Under the pieces are notes generated by a model. That model was not told the origin of the DNA. It ran no database searches and worked only from the letters and a program-made list of their open reading frames with translations. Shown here one piece after another: positions 10,501 to 19,167 of a stretch of DNA of 64,000 bases. Source of the stretch: Pirellula sp. (GTDB taxonomy: Bacteria > Planctomycetota > Planctomycetia > Pirellulales > Pirellulaceae). The position numbers and the translations under genes were made by a program. The number at the start of each line of letters is the position of its first letter. Positions within the stretch are counted from its first letter, which is position 1. The stretch spans positions 12,608 to 76,607 of the forward strand of contig JAJTID010000041.1 in the NCBI GenBank assembly GCA_021300155.1, in the 5' to 3' direction.

Positions 10501-10613
10501 TCACAGAACAGGGTAATTAGGACACAGAATGCAATGGAAAGGAGGGGGAATCGAAGCGAGACCATAGGAAAGCAAACCAGCTCGGCAGATGAGAGAAAAC
10601 GAAATGCTGCCAT
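7593..10613 (-). CDS. Exported TPR-like / CHAT (caspase HetF associated with TPRs) domain protein
   Basis: N-terminal signal-like stretch and helical repeats. C-terminal CHAT hallmarks 'IIVPDESLWQMPLELF' and 'GQGTRHIVVTRWHVGGEST'. True start may be 10565. Confidence 0.7.
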   Translation of the reverse strand: MAAFRFLSSAELVCFPMVSLRFPLLSIAFCVLITLFCEPCFAQTAKAPRKGTIASNLIRPEYYASIDFYEDAQTSQAFEGFQQALAQSRQVNGERGIDSIPPLVMMGECLLTQGDIGAALDKFESALAISIQCSGWISLMSNPVPNDRVESKGKDVTWGASNSRNATFLSYSDPWSIALGSTDLLLERQSGRGVEGKLVPIDATEILRCQAIALRRRLQLMGGLVEHNPVTPLLAQVFVVPNAPQMHEPVRVGLSICSTLARSPTANRSTTAMALKKNLTLSSGHDHALTSIALLSLADMAIDSNEMLSAEEFALEASLSAAKAEQADHVDEALELWSMCSFQNQKEGAAVGKTLQQTAKWANARSRLVTIRSQVEVVRQAALRGDAEVVRKQASNATAMLLPKQISLPKMMASVAYSQSRIAFLEGNDSQGLQKLEESLVDLRGTTPLNTGSRLLYQLNLAHSLVEGKQLTPEIGRRVLGDLLQRDRPGLWRTHVLEQLVFQTTDKSEVWKSYLRTVQLSTDFEEQLLAWDAWAGYRFRRSSLLGGRLFELRRAIHTDITNLSPREAKEIESLRRNLPKLSQNASLMREWIDPFERSPQWDTRRWNEEESKRWDALIRLSTTQESLLWAASAGPLAIPASFPTRLDLPALRKSMQPNDAVVMFGVLDKTVVGFIVTPQGMQSWQVAEKSGWLNGLNAMLAAIGTGGTVDQPNLKKLIVELRSVLLPDEVWNVLKRQERWIIVPDESLWQMPLELFPMDSARGYVAAISNHAICYSPTLGCIPQLIQPGASAASSPLVLQSAEFWGKAKSSATSLMERTVALVPKAQTVDVTSSQSLPPARYTKLASDRVVSLMMNPWSDPNAFVTGIDRTPGFATMAGWNQLPWGMPREQWFFGAQCTFDPSTTTGDEWLRLSLSMIGQGTRHIVVTRWHVGGESTCTLLQSLQDGLEGTTFSRAWQRAVANLWIEEFDVSTEPSLQGFQMPAERVSGSLPKFWAGTMSIGDPEH

Positions 10614-10792
10614 TCATTATGGCCACAATCCAGCCTACGTCACCATGGACAAACCTAGAATCTGCAATACAACCCGCAGACTTTGCCTCAAGAGTGCGAT
10701 CCTATTTCCCGATACTACCATCAAGGAATAACACCCGAGCAACAAATCCATTGGTGCACAGTTTTTATCCCATCGCGGAGCTTAGGATTAAA

Positions 10793-11020
10793 ATGGCAAG
10801 AAAAAGCAACGACCTCAAAGTTTGGATGGCAGTTGCCGCATGTGTGGGATTATGCGGATTGAACACTGGATGCCAAGTTCACGTTGCTGGCCAAACGCTA
10901 CCTAGCCCATACTATCTAGATGACGATGTCCAGTACTTCCCTGCCGGGCCAGAGAACAAACTCGCAAACGAAACCGCTGCATTGAAGGCAGCCCGCGAAG
11001 AAGCTAAAGCTCGCCGCTAG
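10793..11020 (+). CDS. Small predicted lipoprotein (75 aa), function unknown
   Basis: ATG 10793 within the track ORF; basic N-terminus, hydrophobic stretch, lipobox-like 'NTGC', then 'GQTLPSPYYLDDDVQYFP'. Confidence 0.7.
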   Translation: MARKSNDLKVWMAVAACVGLCGLNTGCQVHVAGQTLPSPYYLDDDVQYFPAGPENKLANETAALKAAREEAKARR

Positions 11021-11323
11021 GCTTTGGTTTTCGCTCCGCCCCATCATGTAGCACATAAGACTGAAGCAGCACGGTGTGTGTTGGTTCAAAAAAATGCAAG
11101 TCGAGCGTTCGTTCGGGTGATTTCTAGGGACGATGAACAATCGAGGCAGGTTTGGGCCGGATGTTTCTCGGGTATGGAAAGATCGATTCACGCATGATTA
11201 GCGGTTGACGCTGGACTGGATCAACAACCAGCCTCGGAACGCAACAATCTAACTAGCCAATGCAACCGCTCGATCATCCGTTCGGTAGAGGCATCATCGA
11301 AAGTTAACATGAGCCGTCTAGGG

Positions 11324-13072
11324 CTAAGCCTCAATAGCGACGGATTCAGTGATGGGATGAGATTGACATGCAAGGATGAATCCGTCGTCCTCTTCTGCCT
11401 TTGAGAGTGCATCGCGGCTATCCATTCGTACTCGTCCAGTCGAGCAGCGGACTTTGCATTGTCCACAGATCCCTGCACGGCACTCCCAAGGCAACGCCAC
11501 ACCTGCCTGTTCTGCCGCTTCAAGAATAGTGGAGGAGGCTTCAATATCCACAGATTGACTTGATAACTCAAAGCTGACGATCGCAGATTGTACCTCTCCA
11601 GCATCACTTTCGGATTGGCCTTCGGAAAGACCTGCCGTAGTCTGTTCGAGGGCGTATGCGTTTCCTCTTGGCGAAACGAACTCTTCTGTTGAAATCTGTT
11701 CGTTGGGTACGCCCATAGAAATGATAGTCTTGAGAACAGCCTGCATCATTTGGTCTGGCCCGCAAAGAAAGATTGGGAGTTCTAGTAATTCAGGTACGAA
11801 AACACGTAAGTCGTCTGCGTTGATGTAGCCTGACTTCTCCAGCCATCTGTTTGATGGAATAGCAACATCATCTGACGGCTTGGACAGGCTGTAATAGGTG
11901 AGGACTTTCAAGTTATCAAACCGATTCGCCAAGTGAGAGAGTTCTGCATCGTAGATTAAATCGAATTTGGATCGAACCGCATTGATGAAGTAGATCTTTC
12001 CTCGCCATGAGCGATCTGTGAGATAGCGAAGGATCGACATCAATGGCGTGATTCCTACTCCACCTGCGATCAACACTACGCCTTGGGCTTGGTGGTCGTC
12101 AAAGAAGAATTTTCCTCCTGGTGCGCCGATGCGAATCTTGTCACCTACCTTCAATTCATCGTGCATGTAGCGGGAAACTAGGCCTTCGGGATTGCGTTTG
12201 ATAGTCAATTCCACATGACCACGTTGAGAAGGCGATGAAGCGATCGTATACAACCGTTTTACTGGATTTCCATGAACGTTGAGTGACACGGTCATGTACT
12301 GTCCAGGCCGATGGATGAATGGAACATCACCTTCTGGCAGGACAAACCGAAAGGTTTTCACATCATGGGTTTCCCGATGGATGTTTTGAACGGTTAGATA
12401 CCCATTCCAGGATTTTCGGTTCATCTCGGATTTGGCAGTTTGACGCGAATTCGACCTCGATGCCTCGCGTCGTAAGTCCAAATAGTGTTTTACGCTCCGA
12501 AATCCTAGAATCGGGGCGAGCACTGCGGCAAATGCAAGGGGCTGTCGTGCATCGCTTTTCACGAGCATGCAGTAGTGAACCACTCCCAAAATGGCTGCCA
12601 CGTACGCGAATCGATGAAGAAGCTTCCAACGGACTGGACCTAATCTGCGAATCATCGCATTCGTACTGGTAACTGCCAGCGGCAACATCGATGCGAGAGC
12701 GACAAATCCCACCAAGAGAAATCGACGCGATACGATCTCTTCGATCGCACTGCTAATATTCCCCATTCGATCAAATACGACATAGATCACGAAGTGAAGT
12801 GCGGCGTAGGCGAATCCGTATAGCCCAAGCGCTCGCCGGTAGGCGATGATACTGCTCCATCCAGTTAACGCTCGCAAGGGAGTAATGGCCAGCGTTATAA
12901 ATAAGAAGACAAGGGAAAGGATTCCTGTGATATGGAGAGCACTGTTGATACCATTTGCCCCCAGTTGATCGTGCCACGCATCCCACCAAAGCATTAGCAA
13001 TGGGCCAAGTCCAGCCAAGATGACAAGATTACGAAGGTAGTTGATGTTGTTCATCGAGCAGAGCATTTCCAT
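11324..13072 (-). CDS. msrQ: MsrQ-type heme-b membrane subunit fused to FAD/NAD(P)-binding FNR domain and C-terminal 2Fe-2S ferredoxin
   Basis: MsrQ motifs 'RRALGL..FAYAALHF', 'WKLLHRFAY', 'VVHY'. FNR motifs 'RLYTIASSP', 'IAGGVGITPLMS', 'CGP..MM', 'EEF'. Ferredoxin 'CRAGICGQC...LACQ'. TAATG overlap with msrP. Confidence 0.88.
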   Translation of the reverse strand: MEMLCSMNNINYLRNLVILAGLGPLLMLWWDAWHDQLGANGINSALHITGILSLVFLFITLAITPLRALTGWSSIIAYRRALGLYGFAYAALHFVIYVVFDRMGNISSAIEEIVSRRFLLVGFVALASMLPLAVTSTNAMIRRLGPVRWKLLHRFAYVAAILGVVHYCMLVKSDARQPLAFAAVLAPILGFRSVKHYLDLRREASRSNSRQTAKSEMNRKSWNGYLTVQNIHRETHDVKTFRFVLPEGDVPFIHRPGQYMTVSLNVHGNPVKRLYTIASSPSQRGHVELTIKRNPEGLVSRYMHDELKVGDKIRIGAPGGKFFFDDHQAQGVVLIAGGVGITPLMSILRYLTDRSWRGKIYFINAVRSKFDLIYDAELSHLANRFDNLKVLTYYSLSKPSDDVAIPSNRWLEKSGYINADDLRVFVPELLELPIFLCGPDQMMQAVLKTIISMGVPNEQISTEEFVSPRGNAYALEQTTAGLSEGQSESDAGEVQSAIVSFELSSQSVDIEASSTILEAAEQAGVALPWECRAGICGQCKVRCSTGRVRMDSRDALSKAEEDDGFILACQSHPITESVAIEA

Positions 13073-14064
13073 TAATAGTTGACAGAGAGATCAAGTCCCG
13101 CGTAGAGAGACGCGACCTGGGCTTCATACCCGTTGAACATGAGAGTCTTCCTTCTGCCGTTTTCACCTATCCTTTGCTCTGTCGCTTGACTCCAGCGGGG
13201 GTGTGAGACGTTCGGGTTGACGTTCGCCAGAAAACCATACTCCAATGGCGCGAATCGTTTCCAACTCGTCGGTGGTTCATCGGAGACGAGTGTTATCTTT
13301 ACAATCGATTTTATCCCCTTGAAACCATACTTCCAAGGCGTAACCAACCGAACCGGTGCTCCATCCTGAGCAGGCATTTCTTTTCCGTAAAGCCCAACGG
13401 CAAGTAGCGTAAGAGGATGCATGGCTTCGTCAAGTCGAAGACCTTCCACATATGGCCATTGCAAAACTGAAGTCTTCTGGCCGGGCATTCGCTCTGGGGC
13501 GAAGAGTGTTTCAAATGCGACATACTTAGCCTCAGCCGTGGGCTCGACGGCATCGAGTAGATGGGAAAGTTGCAGACCTGCCCATGGTATTACCATCGAC
13601 CAAGCTTCGACGCAGCGCATTCGATAGATTCGCTCTTCAATGGGGCCTACCGATTTTAGCTGAGGAATCGTGAAGGTCCTGGGCTTATGAACCAACCCCT
13701 CCACCCGAATCTGCCAGCCGGTAGTGTCAAAGTTCTTCGCTGCCTCGGCAACTGCATTCTTATCCGTGCTAAACTCGTAGAAGTTGTTGTAGCTGATGAT
13801 GTTTGACTCGTTAGTCATCGCCTCATCTATCAAAAAGCCTCGTTCAAGACGCTGCTCCTTTGTCAGTTCTACCGATGCTAGGTCATCGATGGTGGCAGTA
13901 TCGAGCTCTGTGTTGCGAACTGGATTGAACCAACGGTACACGGCGGCCGACGCGGCCAGCGTTCCGACGGCTCCGACACCTTTCAGGAAGCGTCGACGAT
14001 TTGCGTAAAGTGGATAAGGAGTAATTTCATTTTGAAGTTCTCTACCCGAAATATGCTCATTCAC
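13072..14064 (-). CDS. msrP: Protein-methionine-sulfoxide reductase molybdopterin catalytic subunit
   Basis: Tat motif 'NRRRFLK', 'SYNNFYEF', Mo-ligand Cys in '[14 protein letters not shown]', '[12 protein letters not shown]', 'HPRWSQATE'. Confidence 0.95.
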   Translation of the reverse strand: MNEHISGRELQNEITPYPLYANRRRFLKGVGAVGTLAASAAVYRWFNPVRNTELDTATIDDLASVELTKEQRLERGFLIDEAMTNESNIISYNNFYEFSTDKNAVAEAAKNFDTTGWQIRVEGLVHKPRTFTIPQLKSVGPIEERIYRMRCVEAWSMVIPWAGLQLSHLLDAVEPTAEAKYVAFETLFAPERMPGQKTSVLQWPYVEGLRLDEAMHPLTLLAVGLYGKEMPAQDGAPVRLVTPWKYGFKGIKSIVKITLVSDEPPTSWKRFAPLEYGFLANVNPNVSHPRWSQATEQRIGENGRRKTLMFNGYEAQVASLYAGLDLSVNY

Positions 14065-14164
14065 TCGCTAAGTCTCCACTTTGAAACGTCATCTTCTCGT
14101 TAGTGTCCCGTTTAATTTAAACTCAGCTCTCTTCCAAAAGGTAGACGAAAACAGGCTATTGGTT

Positions 14165-14363
14165 GAAAAGACGCTCGATAGCGAGGTCGCTATCTTCAGG
14201 ACAGGAAGCATGGGCTTCTTGCTTCAACATCACTACCATAAAGATTGGGATGGATACTTCATGATGCAATTGATGGTAGATGACCTAGATGCATGGTGGT
14301 CGCAGAGCGCCGGGATGGAGTGATTCATGACAAACAACGCAATTTGAAGCCATAGGCCTTCGT
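14165..14363 (+). pseudogene. Remnant of a VOC/glyoxalase-family gene
   Basis: 'EKTLDSEVAIF...FLLQHHYHKDWDGYFMMQLMVDDLDAWW' matches my recollection of a VOC subfamily core. An early TGA lies at 14321. Downstream ccataggccttcgt (14350-14363) looks like a decayed 'PWGLR' (one substitution and one deletion). No credible N-terminus. Confidence 0.5.
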
Positions 14364-14466
14364 GCAGACTCGATTATCGCTTAAGCAGTTCTTGACAAGG
14401 TGAAGTGTTCTTCCCGTGTGTCAAAGAGTAGCTGATTGTGGGATGAGGGATTGCTGTTTGTAGCGA

Positions 14467-15684
14467 TTAGCGACTAGCGAAGAACGAGGAAAAACAGCCC
14501 GCAACTGGGTAGAGTCTGTAGCGATTCCTAATTTGTTCGAACGTGGACTCTTCATCTTCCCATTCCTGGGCGATCGCTTGCCATTGAACTCCATGCTCGA
14601 TTGCGATTCGTTCGCGCGAGGAACCGAACAACAGATCGATGGCGATAGGATTCTCGACGAATTCATAGACTTCGGTTCGCCATGAAAATCGTTCGACGTC
14701 CTGCGCTCGCATCGCGATCAACAACGCCAGACTAGCTCTCACCGGTTGATAGGTGTCGCGATCGATAACGTGTATCTGTACGCCTCCGCAATCCTGCCCT
14801 GCATGCTTCTGAAAGGTGGGGCGAAACCAAACTGGCCGGAAAATGACACCCTCAATCTGCTGATCATTCATTTCCTTTGCAAGTCGAATCGCATCGATCC
14901 ACGGTGCTCCGCAAATCTCAAAAGGGCGCGTCGTGCCACGACCTTCGCTGAAGTTGGTCCCTTCGAAAAGGCACTGACCAGGATATACGACCGCCGTGTC
15001 GACCGTCGGCATATTTGGTGATGGCAACACCCACGGAGCTCCAGTCGCTTCAAAATAGTCGCTTTCCTTCAAACCTTGGCACGGCACGATGGTGAGCTCC
15101 CCTGGCCCTAATGGAAGCTGGTCTCGATACATCAAGGCTAACTCACCCATCGTCATGCCATGTCGAACAGCCATTGGATAAGCTCCGACGAAACTATGAA
15201 AACCCGGACAGAGCATCGGCCCCTCGATTCGTTGTCCACTTAACGGATTCGGACGATCCAAGACCAGCACCGAGAGGCCCATCGGCAAAGCGACTTGCAT
15301 GCAATAAAGCATGGTAGCCTGGAATGTATAGAATCGCGTTCCCACATCCTGCATATCGATGACCAACACGTCGAGACCGGCTAGTTGCTCCTGCGTAGGA
15401 TGAAGGCTCGCTTCCGTCGATCCATACAAACTCACGACCTGAGTTGTCGACTTGGATTCCTCTTCGGAGACTCCGATAAGATCTTGTGCTTGACCATGAA
15501 GCCCATGTTCCGGCCCGAACACAGTTACCAGATCAAGCCTTGCATCGTGGAAGAGATCCACGGAATTTCTAAAACGGGAGTCCACAGCCGCAGAATGGGT
15601 AACGAGACCGATCTTTTTCCCTCGCAAAGATTCGAACCCTTGCGAAATCAACACATCCAATCCCGTGAGTGTTTTCTGCATCAT
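14467..15684 (-). CDS. namZ: Exo-beta-N-acetylmuramidase NamZ (DUF1343) family
   Basis: 'KIGLVTHSAAVD', 'VFGPEHGLHG', 'DMQDVGTRFYTF', 'LDRPNP', 'RHGMTMGELA', 'SEGRGTTRPFE'. Confidence 0.92.
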   Translation of the reverse strand: MMQKTLTGLDVLISQGFESLRGKKIGLVTHSAAVDSRFRNSVDLFHDARLDLVTVFGPEHGLHGQAQDLIGVSEEESKSTTQVVSLYGSTEASLHPTQEQLAGLDVLVIDMQDVGTRFYTFQATMLYCMQVALPMGLSVLVLDRPNPLSGQRIEGPMLCPGFHSFVGAYPMAVRHGMTMGELALMYRDQLPLGPGELTIVPCQGLKESDYFEATGAPWVLPSPNMPTVDTAVVYPGQCLFEGTNFSEGRGTTRPFEICGAPWIDAIRLAKEMNDQQIEGVIFRPVWFRPTFQKHAGQDCGGVQIHVIDRDTYQPVRASLALLIAMRAQDVERFSWRTEVYEFVENPIAIDLLFGSSRERIAIEHGVQWQAIAQEWEDEESTFEQIRNRYRLYPVAGCFSSFFASR

Positions 15685-15746
15685 GCTATTTAAAGTTATT
15701 GTTGGCGAAAGTCCCATGCCGACGTCACGACTAACGTTGATCTAGC

Positions 15747-16928
15747 TCATCTTGCAGGAGCGAATCCACCCATACCACCTGCTCCCATGTTCGCTGCGGC
15801 TGCAGCCTGAACTTGCTTGACAATCCCCCCGATTATGTCGTCTACGTCCTCTTGCGTCTCCGCTTCTGCCAGAATGCCAAGCGGAATCTTGGCTGCAGCC
15901 AATGCTTGCTTCACCTGGAGGTTAATTGTTTTTGCTTCGAGAGAATTGATGGCTTGCTCCGCTTGCGCTTTCATAGTCTTCCAACTACTCCATAGTTTCT
16001 TGCTCACCCATCGCCCCTCGACCTTGATGTACGTCTCTTCTATCGGAGGTCCGTCTTGAGAAGTCATCTTTGTTGAGACTTCACTGTCCGATACGGTCTT
16101 GATTTGCATTTCCTTGAGCGAGGTCAATGCAGTTCCTGTGATGGTAGCCATCGGATCCCCCGGGAACGGTATCATCTTCAACAATGCATCTAATTTGACA
16201 ACGATTCTCGACGAGTAATCTTGAATGAACTCGCGGGGCTTGGCTGATTTTAGTTTGTCGAGCGTTAGTAAATCTGCCGAAAGAACTACGTCCAAAACAC
16301 CCAAGGCAGGCTCGTAAGCTTGGCTGATGATAGGTCGCATGTTGTTATCAATCGGTAATGCTTTACTGTTCAATATAAAAGTTTTCTTGGCTTGTAATGT
16401 ACCCACGACCTCTTTCTTGAATTTCCCAATCTCATCCAACGACTTCTGGTCGACCTTGGTCAATGCGAGCTGAACCAGTTGTTCGAGATCTGCCTGTTGC
16501 GACGGAGGCATGGCATCCCAAAAGATGGCAAAGTTCTTCTTCTCAAGTTCGCGAACAACGATGTCGAAGAACTCTCTTGCCGTTGCATTGGGTGGGAAAA
16601 TATCGCCGCCGCTACCTCCGCTCGATGATGTTGTAGTTACGGCCTCAGTATCCGAACTTGTGGAGCTAGCGGATGCTGTGCTTCGCGGAGTCTTCGCCAG
16701 TTTTCGTGCAAGCAAACGACTCGTGTTATCCAATTTGTAAAGAGGAATGACAATCTCTTTGCCATCGCTCTTCTTGATCGTTAGCTGAATTCCGTCAAGC
16801 TTCACAAAATCAGCTTCGATTGTTTTCGTCCCGCTGCTGTCCGTCCATTTATCACCGGCAAATCCAACAACACTACCGTTAAAAGCGAGGGCCGATGCGA
16901 AGAGCAAGCTTCGAAGATATCGATTCAT
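15747..16928 (-). CDS. Exported protein with SLA1 homology domain 1 (SHD1) and helical C-terminal region
   Basis: Signal peptide, then 'KWTDSSGTKTIEADFVKLDG...IPLYKLD...R', then an S/T-rich linker. Confidence 0.75.
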   Translation of the reverse strand: MNRYLRSLLFASALAFNGSVVGFAGDKWTDSSGTKTIEADFVKLDGIQLTIKKSDGKEIVIPLYKLDNTSRLLARKLAKTPRSTASASSTSSDTEAVTTTSSSGGSGGDIFPPNATAREFFDIVVRELEKKNFAIFWDAMPPSQQADLEQLVQLALTKVDQKSLDEIGKFKKEVVGTLQAKKTFILNSKALPIDNNMRPIISQAYEPALGVLDVVLSADLLTLDKLKSAKPREFIQDYSSRIVVKLDALLKMIPFPGDPMATITGTALTSLKEMQIKTVSDSEVSTKMTSQDGPPIEETYIKVEGRWVSKKLWSSWKTMKAQAEQAINSLEAKTINLQVKQALAAAKIPLGILAEAETQEDVDDIIGGIVKQVQAAAAANMGAGGMGGFAPAR

Positions 16929-17026
16929 AATGAAACTAAAATGGCGGAAGGAAAAAAAGGGAGATTCGGTATTGTATTCGAAATCTATCGCACCACAAAA
17001 GGAGACGGATTTTTAGAAGGAGCTGC

Positions 17027-18271
17027 CTATGTCTCCTGCGACTCGGTTGCCTCCGGGGCCAGCCAAATCACGACCATTCCCAATGAGTAGATCGAGGCGC
17101 AGATCGCCCCCACACGCGGGAAACTACCACCAAACCAACTAAAAATGGCTCCCGAAGCCAGAACTCCCGCTGCAGTCGCAAACCGCCCAGAATTGTAAGC
17201 CAACCCACTGCCGGTCGCCCGAACCCGCACCGGAAATAACTCGGGAAGAAACAACGCCAACCACCCAAAAAACAATGTGGCGATAAACCCCTGGGCAAAA
17301 ACCACCGGATGAAACGACGGTTGCAATGGCTCAGTCCATTGAAACATCGCGACAGTGATGATCAAGGTCGCGAGCGAAATCACAAAGTAACTGATACGCT
17401 TTCCAAACCATCCAGCAACTTGAGCCCCGATAAAACTTCCCAACGTTGCTCCCAATGCCCACCACCCTTGCGTCGCCGCCTTGTACGTGAGATTGGTAGC
17501 CCCGGCGACCGTGTCCGCCCACGGTATCATCCATTTGCTAGCCGACCAAGCGCCAATCATTGGAATCGCACTCACAGCCACTCCCACCAGCGTGCAACGA
17601 ATCAGACTCGGCTGAAACAAATCGAACAGTGGCGACGATTTCTTTTTCGAACTTCCACGCGACTCCAGCCATTTCGGAGACTCTGGAAGGAAAAGCAGAA
17701 CGACGACTCCGAGCACAGCAGGTAGGCCAGCGATTTGAAACAACCATCGCCACGAATCGGTAGTGATAGGCCAGTGTTGTGCGAATTGAGAAAGGAGCAA
17801 GATTCCAAAATTCAATCCTGCCATCGTTGCGCCGGATACAAACGGCCGCGAAGTTTTCGGCCAACACTCTGCAACCAGCGCAACACCATTGGGCCACAAC
17901 CCTCCCACTCCGAGCCCAACCAAGAATCGCAAGACGAGCATCTGTTGTTGTGTCTCGACGAATGCTCCCAGTGCTGCGAATACGGAATAGATCAAAATAC
18001 AAACGCCCATTGCTCGCGTTCTTCCAATTCGATCTCCAAGATTGCCCAACGCAATGCCACCAATCGCCGCACCTAACATCAATGCCGCAGTAAACCGCGC
18101 AAACCATACTCCACCGAGCTTATCCGTATACGCATCCCCGAGCAAATCTTTCGAAACGGACATCGATGCGATTGGCATCAATCCTAGCTCGACTCCATCA
18201 AAGACGAGTGCCAAGAAGGCTGCCAACAAAACGAATCGACGTTGATTCGGCGTTATTCCAAAGTCCGTCAT
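17027..18271 (-). CDS. MFS transporter
   Basis: About 12 TM segments; motif A 'GNLGDRIGRTR'; 'ELFPVRVRATG'. ATGA overlap with the upstream dehydrogenase. Confidence 0.92.
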   Translation of the reverse strand: MTDFGITPNQRRFVLLAAFLALVFDGVELGLMPIASMSVSKDLLGDAYTDKLGGVWFARFTAALMLGAAIGGIALGNLGDRIGRTRAMGVCILIYSVFAALGAFVETQQQMLVLRFLVGLGVGGLWPNGVALVAECWPKTSRPFVSGATMAGLNFGILLLSQFAQHWPITTDSWRWLFQIAGLPAVLGVVVLLFLPESPKWLESRGSSKKKSSPLFDLFQPSLIRCTLVGVAVSAIPMIGAWSASKWMIPWADTVAGATNLTYKAATQGWWALGATLGSFIGAQVAGWFGKRISYFVISLATLIITVAMFQWTEPLQPSFHPVVFAQGFIATLFFGWLALFLPELFPVRVRATGSGLAYNSGRFATAAGVLASGAIFSWFGGSFPRVGAICASIYSLGMVVIWLAPEATESQET

Positions 18272-19167
18272 TTCTGCGGCCTTTCGTCATAAGCCAAGAT
18301 AACCGCACAATTGTCCAAGTCTCCGTGCCCGAGTCCCTCTGCCTTTTCCAATAGTTGTTGGTGGGCTTCGGTCAACGGTAAGCGAATCGTGCTCTCGGAT
18401 TGCATCACGCGTACATCCTTGAGATGCTGAGAAAGGCGACCTTGCGGACGAAAATCTTTGTCAATCATCTTGTCTCCCTTGGTGTCCATCATGCGAGAGT
18501 AGGCCATGCTTCGCCGAAGTGCCTCCAAGGTTAGCTTCGCATCTAATTGCAATGCATCTGCAAACGCCAACCCCTCTGCTAACGCAGCTCGATTCAAGCC
18601 CAGCACCAGATTCGAAACAAGCTTCATTCGCAGCCCACTCCCGCAGGGACCAACATGCATCCAATCGTTGGCAATGGCCCGAAACAGAGGCTCACATCGC
18701 TGGATCGCAACCGAAGTGCCTCCTGCCAGGATCGTCACTTCACCGCGATACAATTGATCGCTGCTTCCTGAAATGGTTGCGTCCACCCAACCAACACCCT
18801 TTGCAGCGAGTCTTGCGGCAATCGCTTCGGCAATCGATGGAGAACCCGTGGTTGTATCGATAACAAGCATTCCTGACCGAAGTGCTGGCGTAAGCTGATC
18901 GATGACTGATTGAGCAATGTCATGATTGGGCAAGGAAAGCAAAACAATCTCGCATAACTTCGCTACCGATTGCGCATTTGGAGCTAATTCAACTCCCTTT
19001 CCTGCCGCATCATCTCTCGATGCTTGGGCAATATCAAAACCAATCAGCCGGTATCCTGCCGATTGCAGCCTCGCGATCAACGCCTGGCCCACCAATCCCA
19101 TCCCAATAAGGCCAATCGTGGCTTCGTTTAAAGACTTTTCCAGCTCAGAATTCATTAGTGACATCAT
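18268..19167 (-). CDS. NAD(P)-dependent oxidoreductase, beta-hydroxyacid dehydrogenase (3-hydroxyisobutyrate/tartronate semialdehyde reductase) family
   Basis: 'IGLIGMGLVG', 'DATISGS', catalytic Lys in 'MKLVSN', 'QHLKDV'. Start placed at ATG 19167 (ATGA overlap) rather than 19392. Confidence 0.88.
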   Translation of the reverse strand: MMSLMNSELEKSLNEATIGLIGMGLVGQALIARLQSAGYRLIGFDIAQASRDDAAGKGVELAPNAQSVAKLCEIVLLSLPNHDIAQSVIDQLTPALRSGMLVIDTTTGSPSIAEAIAARLAAKGVGWVDATISGSSDQLYRGEVTILAGGTSVAIQRCEPLFRAIANDWMHVGPCGSGLRMKLVSNLVLGLNRAALAEGLAFADALQLDAKLTLEALRRSMAYSRMMDTKGDKMIDKDFRPQGRLSQHLKDVRVMQSESTIRLPLTEAHQQLLEKAEGLGHGDLDNCAVILAYDERPQK

